The notes beneath the pieces were generated by a model. The model did not search any database and had not been told where the DNA came from. It saw only the letters and a list, made by a program, of their open reading frames with translations. Of a stretch of 64,000 nt of DNA, positions 20,629 to 30,102 are shown in pieces. The stretch is from IMG/VR virus record IMGVR_UViG_3300023174_000100, positions 34,623 to 98,622 of that record. One strand, written 5' to 3'. A program made the translations under genes and the position numbers. How positions within the stretch are numbered: position 1 is the first letter of the stretch; each line of letters starts with the position of its first letter. This stretch comes from a virus.

Positions 20629-21282
20629 ATGGGTTACATTTTACCATCGTTTTATCATGCAATAGCAAGCGAAAAATTAAAAAGACCTTGTCCGGAAATT
20701 TTTGTAGAGACAGGAACTTTTAAAGGAGGCACGGCGCTTACAACCTTACGGCATGTTGGAAATTTAGACGACTTCTCTCAGTGGCACACAGTTGAGTTAG
20801 GAGATTCTATTGCAAAAATTGCCTCTAATAGATTCAAGCAAATAGAAAAAAGGGGGAAATTTTATGATGAGATTCTTTCGGACGATACGGAAGATTCAGA
20901 TTTTATTGAAAAGGAAACTTACTTTGATGGAAAATTAACGTTATATAAAAACGACAGCACTGCTTTCCTATCAGAGTTTTTAAAAGACAGGACGAATCCC
21001 ATATGTTTTTGGTTAGATGCTCACGCAGGTGCCGACAAATACGCTAGAGGAGAACAAGATGTACCCCTACTTAGAGAACTTGAACTAATCTTTGAAACTG
21101 CCCAGGAAAATGATTTAATAGGTATTGATGACGCTCACTTATTCGGTACAAATCAAAATGGCAAATGCGATTATACAAAAATAACAATTAACTTAATAAA
21201 AGAATTATCTAACTCCTATGGATATTCCGTATATGCATCTCAACCTTATAACATGGAATTATTAATTATATTTCAAGAATGA
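20629..21282 (+). CDS. Class I SAM-dependent methyltransferase-like protein
   Basis: FVETGTFKG, FWLDAH, IDDAHLF. Confidence 0.75.
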   Translation: MGYILPSFYHAIASEKLKRPCPEIFVETGTFKGGTALTTLRHVGNLDDFSQWHTVELGDSIAKIASNRFKQIEKRGKFYDEILSDDTEDSDFIEKETYFDGKLTLYKNDSTAFLSEFLKDRTNPICFWLDAHAGADKYARGEQDVPLLRELELIFETAQENDLIGIDDAHLFGTNQNGKCDYTKITINLIKELSNSYGYSVYASQPYNMELLIIFQE

Positions 21283-22208
21283 GAATATTAATCATACATC
21301 AACCTTTCCCTATGGGTAATTATAAATTATCCCAAGCATTAGGATCAGAATTGCATTTAAGAGGACATGAAGTAACTACAGTACATCAACTTAACATGTC
21401 AGAAATAAATGAAGAGATGTCAGAAGAATTTAAAAATAGTATAGATGAATTAAATCCTGATGTTATTTATTATGAAATGTTAGATGCTGCTACATTTAAT
21501 ATCATAAAAAATGTAAAATGTAGGAATAGAATATTATGCGCTACATCTAATGGAGTTTTAGGATACGATGGAATTTTGAAAGGATGGGGAACATATTACG
21601 ATAAATTGATAACTAATTCTAAAAAATTATATGATGATGTTTATACTAACATATGCGCTGAAACATTTAATTATTATTTTCTAGCTATAAATGATTCTGA
21701 ATTAATATACAATCCCATGTATGATAAGAGATGTGTATTTTTGGGAATGGGATTTAATAGACTTACAGATGAATCTTACAAGCTAGAAAGAGAAATATTT
21801 TTTTCTGGAGGTAATGATTCATTATCTATATATGGTCAAGGTTGGGGTAATCATGAAAATTTAGTTGGCATTTTACCTCCTGATGATATTGGTTCCTTAT
21901 ACAAATCAGCTAAGAGTGCTGTAGCCATAATAGGTAAAGGCCAAAGAGAATTAGGTATGATTAATAACAGATACTCTGAAATAGCTTTTTCTAAATGTCC
22001 TATAGTTACCTATCCTTATGATATCGATTGGTTTGGTGCTGAAAATTACATGAACTTTATAAAATCCCCTTCCGAACTACACAAATTAGTATCGGAAATA
22101 ATTAGAAATCCTGATAAATATCATTATAAATGTAACCTTTTTAGGGATTTCATTGTTAATCAGAATAAAATATTTTACGAAAAATTAACTAGATTACTTT
22201 ATGTATAA
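21279..22208 (+). CDS. CgeB-like GT-B glycosyltransferase
   Basis: IYGQGW, YKSAK, INNRYSEIA. Confidence 0.7.
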   Translation: MRILIIHQPFPMGNYKLSQALGSELHLRGHEVTTVHQLNMSEINEEMSEEFKNSIDELNPDVIYYEMLDAATFNIIKNVKCRNRILCATSNGVLGYDGILKGWGTYYDKLITNSKKLYDDVYTNICAETFNYYFLAINDSELIYNPMYDKRCVFLGMGFNRLTDESYKLEREIFFSGGNDSLSIYGQGWGNHENLVGILPPDDIGSLYKSAKSAVAIIGKGQRELGMINNRYSEIAFSKCPIVTYPYDIDWFGAENYMNFIKSPSELHKLVSEIIRNPDKYHYKCNLFRDFIVNQNKIFYEKLTRLLYV

Positions 22209-22788
22209 CTACGAAGAAATTTTAAAAGACATTCCCGATAAAAAGGAGAATAAAAACACTACATCTCACAAATTTAAGAAAGATTTACTAGATTTTTTCT
22301 CTGACAAAAATATAAAAGTTTGTTTAGAAATAGGATCTAACTGGGGGTATACAACTAGAGTATTGTCTTACATATCTGAAAAAGTATATACTATTGATCA
22401 CCTAGAAGATAATATTAAAAAGGTAATAGAAAATACGAAGGGCAGAAAGAATATAACTTGTATTATTGGAGATGCCTACTCAAATAAAACATACATAAAC
22501 ATAAATGATAGCATTGATTTATGTTTTATTGATTGTGTTCATGATTACTCAAATGTTAAAGAAGATATTGAGAGATGCTTACGAATGAAAAAAGAGGATA
22601 AAGACTTATATATTGTCTTTGATGATTATGGACATCCAACAGCAAGAGGAGTTAAAAAAGCTATAGATGAGGCTATAACTTCCGGTAGACTTGAGGATAC
22701 TCATAGAATAGGCCACGAATCCGGATTTAATGTTTTTAATTCTGTTGTATTAGTTGACAGCGAAGGGATAATTTGCAAAGTTTTATAA
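22201..22788 (+). CDS. Class I SAM methyltransferase (Methyltransf_24-like)
   Basis: LEIGSNWG, FIDCVHDY, VFDDYG. Confidence 0.85.
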   Translation: MYNYEEILKDIPDKKENKNTTSHKFKKDLLDFFSDKNIKVCLEIGSNWGYTTRVLSYISEKVYTIDHLEDNIKKVIENTKGRKNITCIIGDAYSNKTYININDSIDLCFIDCVHDYSNVKEDIERCLRMKKEDKDLYIVFDDYGHPTARGVKKAIDEAITSGRLEDTHRIGHESGFNVFNSVVLVDSEGIICKVL

Positions 22789-22790
22789 AT

Positions 22791-23789
22791 ATGAACATAG
22801 CAATAATATCCGAAATAGGAAATTTTACTAAATATCCTAGAAATTTTGAGAATGCTAGAACAGATGTAGCTTGGTCGATTGCTTTAGATGCAGTTAGTGT
22901 ACCCGCTGATTCTCACTTAATAAAAAAGTATATTGAATCGTTTACGTCTTTTAAAAAGTTTGACCTAGCTATTATAATACCCGGTAAAAATAAACCATAT
23001 TTAGAAATTAATTTTATTAGAGAATATTTTGCTGATAAAGTTACTATGATGCAGGAAGGTCCAAACTGGTATTGGCAAGATTATGATATAAAAGGTCAGT
23101 TTAATTTTTATAACGCATTAAGAGAGTGCGACTTTATTCTTTGTCATAATTCAGCAGATAAAAAATACTATAAGGGAATAACTAATCTAGAGTGTTTAGT
23201 AATGCCTTCTCTTATGATTGAAGATACCATAAAAAACGTAGTTCCAAAAAGAAGAGATGCTGAAGGTATTGTCATAGGAGGTAATTTTTGTTCTTGGTAT
23301 GGAGGTATGGATTCGTTTATAGTTTCTGCGTCATCAAGAAAAGAATGGTCTACGGGAGATAATTTAATACCTATCTTTGCTCCTTCTATGGGTCGAAAAA
23401 AAGAAGATGAGGACTACATTCCCGACATTACACATTTGCCTTATTGCTCTTGGATGGAGTGGATTAATCAATTAGCATCTAAAGCTAAAATAGGCGTACA
23501 TTTAATGCGAACGCATGCAGCAGGTACTTTTGCTTTAAATTGTTCTTTTTTAGGTATTCCTTGTGTTGGTTATGAGGGACTTGACACTCAGGATAATCTA
23601 CATCCGTATACTACAGTTAGACTAGGAAACACATCACAAGCAGTAGATATTATAAAAAAGCTAGCGAATCCAGGTTTTTATGAAATGTGTTCAGAGGAAA
23701 CAAAACATTTATATGACTCTCACTATTCTGAATCAGCATTCAAAAACCGTTTCATAAACAAACTTAATAATTTAGTAAATGAAAATTAG
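22791..23789 (+). CDS. GT-B glycosyltransferase-like protein
   Basis: AGTFALNC..LGIPCVG; start placed at the ATG at 22791. Confidence 0.6.
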   Translation: MNIAIISEIGNFTKYPRNFENARTDVAWSIALDAVSVPADSHLIKKYIESFTSFKKFDLAIIIPGKNKPYLEINFIREYFADKVTMMQEGPNWYWQDYDIKGQFNFYNALRECDFILCHNSADKKYYKGITNLECLVMPSLMIEDTIKNVVPKRRDAEGIVIGGNFCSWYGGMDSFIVSASSRKEWSTGDNLIPIFAPSMGRKKEDEDYIPDITHLPYCSWMEWINQLASKAKIGVHLMRTHAAGTFALNCSFLGIPCVGYEGLDTQDNLHPYTTVRLGNTSQAVDIIKKLANPGFYEMCSEETKHLYDSHYSESAFKNRFINKLNNLVNEN

Positions 23790-25149
23790 TTTTATTGTAC
23801 CCGGAAGAAACAACTTAAAATACTTTAAATGGTCTTATGATTCTATTATGAAAAATAAGGGAAATCATGAAGTTGAAATTTGCTTTGCCGATGACGCTTC
23901 TACTGATGGTACATGGGATTGGGTTTATAGTGAATCTCTAATAAATCCTATGCTAAAAGTCATGCGAAATGAAGGAAATACGAGATTGGGACACACTATA
24001 TTATACGATGCTTTAGTTAGAAGATCTTCTTATGACATATGCATTATATGGCATTGCGACATGTATTTAGCTCCTGGAGCATTAGACGCTATTGAAAAAA
24101 ACATGGTAGATAAAAAAACCATTGTCTCACTTACTAGAGTGGAACCTCCTCTACATCCTCCGGGACATGAAAAAATAATATCAGATTTAGGAACGGAGCC
24201 GGAAACATTCATGGAGAGTAAGTTCATAGAATTAGTTCACAACATGAAAACAAAATCTTCGAAAAAAGACAAAACAACAAACGGCGTATTTGCTCCATGG
24301 GCTTTTTACAAAGAGGAATTTTTGAAAATTGGAGGTCATGATTCTTTATTTTATGTCCAATCAAAAGAAGATTCTGACATTTGGAATAGATTAATGCTAA
24401 ATGGAGCAACATTTATACAAACATGGGAAGGATTTGTATATCACATGACATGCAGAGGATCTAGATTCAACCCAACTATTACACAAGTTGGTAAAAATTC
24501 TGATGAGTGGGAGAAGCAAAACATTATATCTACAAGAAATTTCATTAGAAAATGGGGAGGGATGCCACTTCAAAATGAATATCATGCAATTTCTCCAAAT
24601 AAAAAATATAATATTGGAATCATTGTCGACATGTCTTCTGAAATGAATCAACCAAGCGATGAGGAGTTTATAGATTTTATTGGATTCTTAGAAATTTTTT
24701 CCGATTCTTTGCATATCGTAGGAGATAAAAAATATAGAGATTTAATTAAGTTTTACATAGATAAAGAACAGGCAAATACATTATACTACTTAGCTGACAG
24801 ACTTTATGGATACAACTATAAATACACTCCTGTAAATCAGATAGTGATAGATGATAGCATAGTTATTAGCATGGAATGGGATAAGATTAAAGTTAATGAG
24901 GTATTTGACTTTCTGCAAAAATTCCCATTTATTATTGAAAATTATAGTCCTGGAATGTATGAAAGTAACATTGGCACAATACATATTAAAAATGACAACT
25001 CTATTTCAAAAACTTATGAAAATAATTTAATAACAGTAAATAATATCTATCAATTAAGGATATATAAAGAAATTTACCCGGAATATTTTGATAGATACAG
25101 ACCTGTTTTAAGCTTTTTAGAAATGGAAAAATTAAATAATATCTTATAA
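23779..25149 (+). CDS. GT2-family glycosyltransferase
   Basis: ISFIVP, DDASTDGT, HCDM, EDSD, YH. Confidence 0.9.
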   Translation: MKISFIVPGRNNLKYFKWSYDSIMKNKGNHEVEICFADDASTDGTWDWVYSESLINPMLKVMRNEGNTRLGHTILYDALVRRSSYDICIIWHCDMYLAPGALDAIEKNMVDKKTIVSLTRVEPPLHPPGHEKIISDLGTEPETFMESKFIELVHNMKTKSSKKDKTTNGVFAPWAFYKEEFLKIGGHDSLFYVQSKEDSDIWNRLMLNGATFIQTWEGFVYHMTCRGSRFNPTITQVGKNSDEWEKQNIISTRNFIRKWGGMPLQNEYHAISPNKKYNIGIIVDMSSEMNQPSDEEFIDFIGFLEIFSDSLHIVGDKKYRDLIKFYIDKEQANTLYYLADRLYGYNYKYTPVNQIVIDDSIVISMEWDKIKVNEVFDFLQKFPFIIENYSPGMYESNIGTIHIKNDNSISKTYENNLITVNNIYQLRIYKEIYPEYFDRYRPVLSFLEMEKLNNIL

Positions 25150-25157
25150 AAATTATT

Positions 25158-25670
25158 ATGGAAGATCAAAATAAAATACCTAAAAAATATCTTAAAGGAC
25201 TAAAAGATAAAGGTAAAATGGGGTCTAAAGAAGCTATGAAAAAAGAAATTGAAAAGTACAAAGGAAAAGACACGTACAAAAAAGATTGGGATGCTGATTA
25301 TAATGATGACGGTAAAAGGATAAAAACTAAACAAGGAGCCGCAACTAGTGCTTTTAAAAAGAGATTTGGAGAAATTATTAAAAACAAAATTGTTGAATAC
25401 ATGGATGCAATTTCTCTTGATGAGGACTCTTCTGAAGAAGGTTTGAAAAATAAAGCAGAGAAATCGGATATTCCTCTAGGTATTTTAAGGCAGGTATATA
25501 ACAAAGGTAAAGCAGCCTGGAATTCCGGGCACAGACCAGGGGTTAGTCAAGACCAATGGGCTATGGGCAGAGTTAATAGTTTTATAACTGGAGTTGGAGG
25601 AGCTAGAAGCGCAGATGATAAGTTATGGAAACAAGCACAGGCCGCTCGAAAGAAAAAAAAGAAGTCTTAA
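25158..25670 (+). CDS. DUF5824-like basic phage protein
   Basis: LKNKAEKS.IP.GILRQVYNKG.AAW..GHRPG..QWAMGRVNSF. Confidence 0.65.
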   Translation: MEDQNKIPKKYLKGLKDKGKMGSKEAMKKEIEKYKGKDTYKKDWDADYNDDGKRIKTKQGAATSAFKKRFGEIIKNKIVEYMDAISLDEDSSEEGLKNKAEKSDIPLGILRQVYNKGKAAWNSGHRPGVSQDQWAMGRVNSFITGVGGARSADDKLWKQAQAARKKKKKS

Positions 25671-25721
25671 TCATTATTTATATTTTATAGTTCTCTTTAT
25701 ACTATTTATATAAAAAACATT

Positions 25722-26423
25722 ATGCTATATTTTGATAAAGAATATCTATCACAGTATTTAGACACTGGCTTATCTTTGAAAGTTTTTGTTGACGGCAATG
25801 TACTTTCTGTATCTTCTAAAGACGATTTAGGTAAAATTAGAGGGACTGGCTATAATCCCTCAGGTAAACCAACTCCATTTGATTATAAAGCTATAACTAA
25901 AATTAAGATAGGGTCTACTTCTTATTCTCTTGATATGCTAAATAAATCTGATGCATCAATACCAGATATAGGGAGTACAGATGGAGAAGATGCGATGAAT
26001 AAAGAATCTATTATTTTTATCAAAGAGCATATAATTAAAATACTAGAAGGTAAATATGACCATATAAATTTCACTCCTCCGGACAGCGTTGCAAAAGCAG
26101 CAGAGAGGGGATTAGAAATGAGAAAAAAATCCGGAGGAAAAGGCGGGCTTAATGCAAAACAGGCTAAAAAAGCAGGAGTTGGATCTGGAGTACAGAGAGC
26201 TTCAAACCTAAAAAATAAAAGTAAAATGAGTCCTGAAACAGTCAGGAGAATGAGAAATTTCTTTAGCAGGCACAATAAAAATATAAAAGTAGACGCCGGT
26301 AAAACTCCTGCCCAAGACAGAGGTTATATTGCAGGGTTATTATGGGGAGGAAATGCAGGAAAATCGTGGGCAAATAAAGTAGTGAGGCAAATGGATGCCG
26401 CCGATAAAAAGAGTAAAAAATGA
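25722..26423 (+). CDS. Conserved phage protein, probably head-associated
   Basis: PP..V...AERGL...ETVRRM..FFSRH...GYIA.LLWGG.AG..WA domain. Confidence 0.6.
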   Translation: MLYFDKEYLSQYLDTGLSLKVFVDGNVLSVSSKDDLGKIRGTGYNPSGKPTPFDYKAITKIKIGSTSYSLDMLNKSDASIPDIGSTDGEDAMNKESIIFIKEHIIKILEGKYDHINFTPPDSVAKAAERGLEMRKKSGGKGGLNAKQAKKAGVGSGVQRASNLKNKSKMSPETVRRMRNFFSRHNKNIKVDAGKTPAQDRGYIAGLLWGGNAGKSWANKVVRQMDAADKKSKK

Positions 26424-27034
26424 AATTACCTGAAATAACCAATTTATTCTATGGTATAACCGCTATACTTAGTGCGCTAGGTATAAGACACATATTTTCC
26501 TATTGGATAAATAAAAATAAGCAAAAATCTGTAGATTATAATACTCTACTAGAAAGGCAAGATAAAATTATTGAAGATTTAGAGGAAAAACTTCACGAGT
26601 TAGAATCTAAGACCGCAACGACTTCTGAAGATAATCTAAAACTAAAACAAGAAATATTTGTTTTAAAAAATGGAATATCTTTGTTAGAAAGCTCAGCACT
26701 AGATTTGCCTTTGCCTATGTGGTTAAAAAGTTCAGATGGAAAATTACTAGCAACTAATACGGCTTATGTTGATACTTTTGTAAAGAATTGCACTGAATCA
26801 ATATCTAATCATTTAGGACAATCTGATAAATGCATATTAGGACAAGAAGCTCATGATACAATCACTAAAAAAGAAAAAGAAATACTATCTAATGGCTCCG
26901 TTATGATTTATAAAGAGTCTGTAAAATTATCAGGTATTGTCACTGATTTCATTTTTATCCTGTTCCCTAGAAAATTAGGTAAAGTAACCTTAGGAATAAC
27001 AGGTATTGCAATTAATGAATCCCTAATAAAATAA
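26420..27034 (+). CDS. Membrane anchor, coiled coil and PAS domain protein
   Basis: N-terminal TM segment, heptad coiled coil, LPMWLKSSDGK..ATN.AY..F...LG.SD PAS signature. Confidence 0.65.
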   Translation: MKLPEITNLFYGITAILSALGIRHIFSYWINKNKQKSVDYNTLLERQDKIIEDLEEKLHELESKTATTSEDNLKLKQEIFVLKNGISLLESSALDLPLPMWLKSSDGKLLATNTAYVDTFVKNCTESISNHLGQSDKCILGQEAHDTITKKEKEILSNGSVMIYKESVKLSGIVTDFIFILFPRKLGKVTLGITGIAINESLIK

Positions 27035-27035
27035 T

Positions 27036-27770
27036 ATGGCCGATTCTGATTTAAAACAAAATGATAAGGATTTAAAAACACTTTCTACAGCCGAGCTAGA
27101 TCAGAGAGTAAAGAAGCAAGGTATGAAATTTGAGTTTGCAGATTCTAAAAGAGCTGCTAAATCAATTTTAACTTTGAAAAGATCAGACTTACCTAGAGGA
27201 TATAAATCTAAAGTAGCACAAGGTATTTTAAACCGTATTGATAGTGCCTTAAGTAGAACAAAAGATAAAATAAAAATATTCAACATAAAAAAGGCAAAAG
27301 CACTATGGGAGAAATTTTTTGATACTTTTACAGAAGAAGAAGATACAACAAAAAATCAAACAGAGCCGGAAGAAGAAGACAAAACTAAAGTAAAAGATTT
27401 AGGAGCTCAAGGAGCAGATACAACTCTAGAAGAAAGTGGCTATCAAATTGTAAGAAACGACTCAGGAGATAGTGGAGTTATAGTGAGACTGCTTAAAGAT
27501 AACGAATTTTCAATAGGATATTTTACCGAAGACCCATCAGAGCTATCACCTGCAAAGTTAAAAATAAACGGAAGAGAACTTAAAAATCCTGTTATGACTT
27601 TGCATATAAGCGAATTTATTGAAGAAGAAGTGGAACCAGTAGAAGAGCCTAAAAATAAATCTAGTGACACAAAAAATAACAAAGATAAAGAAGAGCCCAA
27701 AAAACAAGAAATAACACCTAAAAAACAAATAGCACCTCAAAAATCTAAAGAAGATGGCTCAGATACGTGA
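27036..27770 (+). CDS. Hypothetical charged protein
   Basis: ORF in operon. Confidence 0.65.
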   Translation: MADSDLKQNDKDLKTLSTAELDQRVKKQGMKFEFADSKRAAKSILTLKRSDLPRGYKSKVAQGILNRIDSALSRTKDKIKIFNIKKAKALWEKFFDTFTEEEDTTKNQTEPEEEDKTKVKDLGAQGADTTLEESGYQIVRNDSGDSGVIVRLLKDNEFSIGYFTEDPSELSPAKLKINGRELKNPVMTLHISEFIEEEVEPVEEPKNKSSDTKNNKDKEEPKKQEITPKKQIAPQKSKEDGSDT

Positions 27771-27963
27771 TTATGAAGATGCAGCAATGAATTTAATATA
27801 TGATATCACATCAAAAAATAATTTCTCTAATTGGTCGGAGAAAGCTACTAAAAAACAAAAAATAGACATATCTGAAAAAATGTTATCCTACTTTGAAAAA
27901 ACTAATGATTTTACTAAATGTATTGTAATTAAAAATGCTCTAAAAAAAATGAAACATGTATAA
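27754..27963 (+). CDS. Small protein with UVR-like motif
   Basis: YFEKTNDFTKCIVIKN. Confidence 0.5.
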   Translation: MAQIRDYEDAAMNLIYDITSKNNFSNWSEKATKKQKIDISEKMLSYFEKTNDFTKCIVIKNALKKMKHV

Positions 27964-28369
27964 ATTAAAGTGGATTTTATCATTAGAAAAAGTTTTCATG
28001 TATTTAGTAGATCCTAATACAAATTCTTTATTATCATCAAAAGAATATGATAATTTCATGGATGCTATAGATGATATTCCTAATGATATATCCAATGTTA
28101 CATTACCTGATGAATGGATAAAAAAAGATGATGAATTCAAATACAAGATAACAGTTTTTGAATGCGGTTATGATTATGAATACTACGTAAAAAGTTTTTA
28201 TAATTTTTTAGGTATAACTTCTACACAAGCTGAGCAATTAGCTACTATATTATATAAAAATAAGAAAGTAGATTTTAAAACAATTGTCGATGCTGATTTA
28301 GCCTACGAGTTATGCGAAGAACTTTTATTAGATAAATTAAATTTTGAATTAATCGTAACTAATATATAA
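27956..28369 (+). CDS. ClpS-like adaptor domain protein (divergent)
   Basis: C-terminal YV...G.T..QAEQLA..L..KKV..KT pattern. Confidence 0.45.
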   Translation: MYKLKWILSLEKVFMYLVDPNTNSLLSSKEYDNFMDAIDDIPNDISNVTLPDEWIKKDDEFKYKITVFECGYDYEYYVKSFYNFLGITSTQAEQLATILYKNKKVDFKTIVDADLAYELCEELLLDKLNFELIVTNI

Positions 28370-28893
28370 TGGGCCTGTTTCAAAGAAAATCTTTTAATCC
28401 TAGCGGAAGACCTCAAATTAATCTTAGTGAGTCCGAAGTTAGATATGCAATAGAAAACACAAGGTCATCTGCGCAAGCAGCAAAGTTCTTAAGAGTATCT
28501 CCTGCAACATTTAAAAAATATGCATCAATATACAAAAATCCTGAAAATGGATTAACTTGGTACGAGATTTCTAATAATAAAAAAGGTGTAGGTATTGTTA
28601 GATCTCCTAAAGCATCAGATTTTTTTAGTGATTTGAAAGAAGTATTAGAGGGAAAAAAAATATCTCGTAATAAAACTTACTTCAAGAAAAGACTCTTTAT
28701 GTCCGGACTAGTAAAAGAAAAATGCTGTCTTTGTGGATTTGAAGAAAAACGGTTGTCGGATGATACTAGCGCTTTATTACTTGATTATAAAGATGGAAAT
28801 AGCGACAATCAAAAAATAGATAATATAAGAGTTCTATGCTATAACTGTTATTATATAAATGTAGGAAATTTAATAGGACCCAAAAACTTTTAA
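28369..28893 (+). CDS. HTH plus degenerate HNH/Zn-finger protein
   Basis: SSAQAAKFLRVS..TFKKY HTH; C..CG...DYKDGN..N..NIRVLCYNC. Confidence 0.65.
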   Translation: MGLFQRKSFNPSGRPQINLSESEVRYAIENTRSSAQAAKFLRVSPATFKKYASIYKNPENGLTWYEISNNKKGVGIVRSPKASDFFSDLKEVLEGKKISRNKTYFKKRLFMSGLVKEKCCLCGFEEKRLSDDTSALLLDYKDGNSDNQKIDNIRVLCYNCYYINVGNLIGPKNF

Positions 28894-28895
28894 TT

Positions 28896-29132
28896 ATGAT
28901 TTCATTAGAATGGAGCGAAAGTATTTTATACAATTCAGCTGAAAATACAGAAGATTACAAAACTTATTACAACGAATATTTGTTTAATATTTACTTGAAT
29001 AACAGGAGTGAATTCCCGAGAAAAAGAGAGAAACTAGAAAAATATCTTATCTCCAATAAAATTAATCCAGATTTTTCCGAAGTTCAAGAAAGAATAGATA
29101 AATTTTTAGAAAACTACGAAGTTTTAAAATGA
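28896..29132 (+). CDS. Hypothetical protein
   Basis: Coupled ORF. Confidence 0.55.
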   Translation: MISLEWSESILYNSAENTEDYKTYYNEYLFNIYLNNRSEFPRKREKLEKYLISNKINPDFSEVQERIDKFLENYEVLK

Positions 29133-29326
29133 GCGAAAAAAAAGAAAATTTATTAGACCATTTGTATTTAGAACTGGGTCGTTTAGAATATGATATTATA
29201 TATATAACAAGTATTTTAGAAGAGTCTAAAAGAAAAAAAACTGGAGTAGTATCTGCTATACAGGACTATCTTATAAAAAATACAGAAAATTTAAAAACAG
29301 AAGAAAATGAAACAGATTTGGGTTAA
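29129..29326 (+). CDS. Hypothetical protein
   Basis: Coupled ORF. Confidence 0.5.
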   Translation: MSEKKENLLDHLYLELGRLEYDIIYITSILEESKRKKTGVVSAIQDYLIKNTENLKTEENETDLG

Positions 29327-29513
29327 AAGACAGGATGTAGAAAAAGTAAATAATGACATTACTGTAACAGATTGCATATTAGAAAAAGACTTTATTGTTT
29401 TATCTGAAGAAAGTAGTTCAGATTGGATTGCCGTATATGTTACCGAAGAATATATTGATAGAATTAAAAAAACATTTACATTAACAGAAAATAAAAAAGT
29501 AATACTAGGATAA
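29307..29513 (+). CDS. Hypothetical protein
   Basis: Coupled ORF. Confidence 0.5.
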   Translation: MKQIWVKRQDVEKVNNDITVTDCILEKDFIVLSEESSSDWIAVYVTEEYIDRIKKTFTLTENKKVILG

Positions 29514-29514
29514 T

Positions 29515-30102
29515 ATGGCAATAGGTTTCAAACAATTTGTTCCAAACTTAACAAATTATTATACATTTTCTTCTGGATTCACTGATCTAGAATTAGAATC
29601 AGTAGAGAACATAGCTTCAAAAGTAGCTTCTCAAAATGCATCCGTACTAGGATCTCCGGAAGATATTACAGAATATAGAAGAAGTACTATAAAATGGCTT
29701 CCTATAACCGATGAAAGCAATTGGTTGTATGAGAAGCTATTTAAATTTGCTGATGAGGCAAATAATATTATGTGGAACTTTAACATAGGAGACAGTGTAG
29801 AAAATATACAATACACTATATACGATAGCGCTGATTCAGGAATGTACGATTGGCATATAGATTGCGGAGGAGTACCTCCTGTTTGTTTTAGAAAAATATC
29901 AATTGTAGTTCAATTAACAGGACCAGAAGATTATTCCGGAGGAGACTTAGTTTTAAAATACGGAAAACATGATACAATCATACCAAAAAATAAAGGACGG
30001 GTTGTAATCTTCCCATCCTTTATGTTACATCGCGTTACTCCTATTGAATTTGGTACTAGAAAGTCTTTGGTTCTTTGGTTAGGAGGATTGCCTTATAGGT
30101 AA
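29515..30102 (+). CDS. 2OG-Fe(II) oxygenase (prolyl-hydroxylase/PKHD-like)
   Basis: WHID, RKISI, FPSFMLHRVTP, RKSLV.W. Confidence 0.9.
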   Translation: MAIGFKQFVPNLTNYYTFSSGFTDLELESVENIASKVASQNASVLGSPEDITEYRRSTIKWLPITDESNWLYEKLFKFADEANNIMWNFNIGDSVENIQYTIYDSADSGMYDWHIDCGGVPPVCFRKISIVVQLTGPEDYSGGDLVLKYGKHDTIIPKNKGRVVIFPSFMLHRVTPIEFGTRKSLVLWLGGLPYR

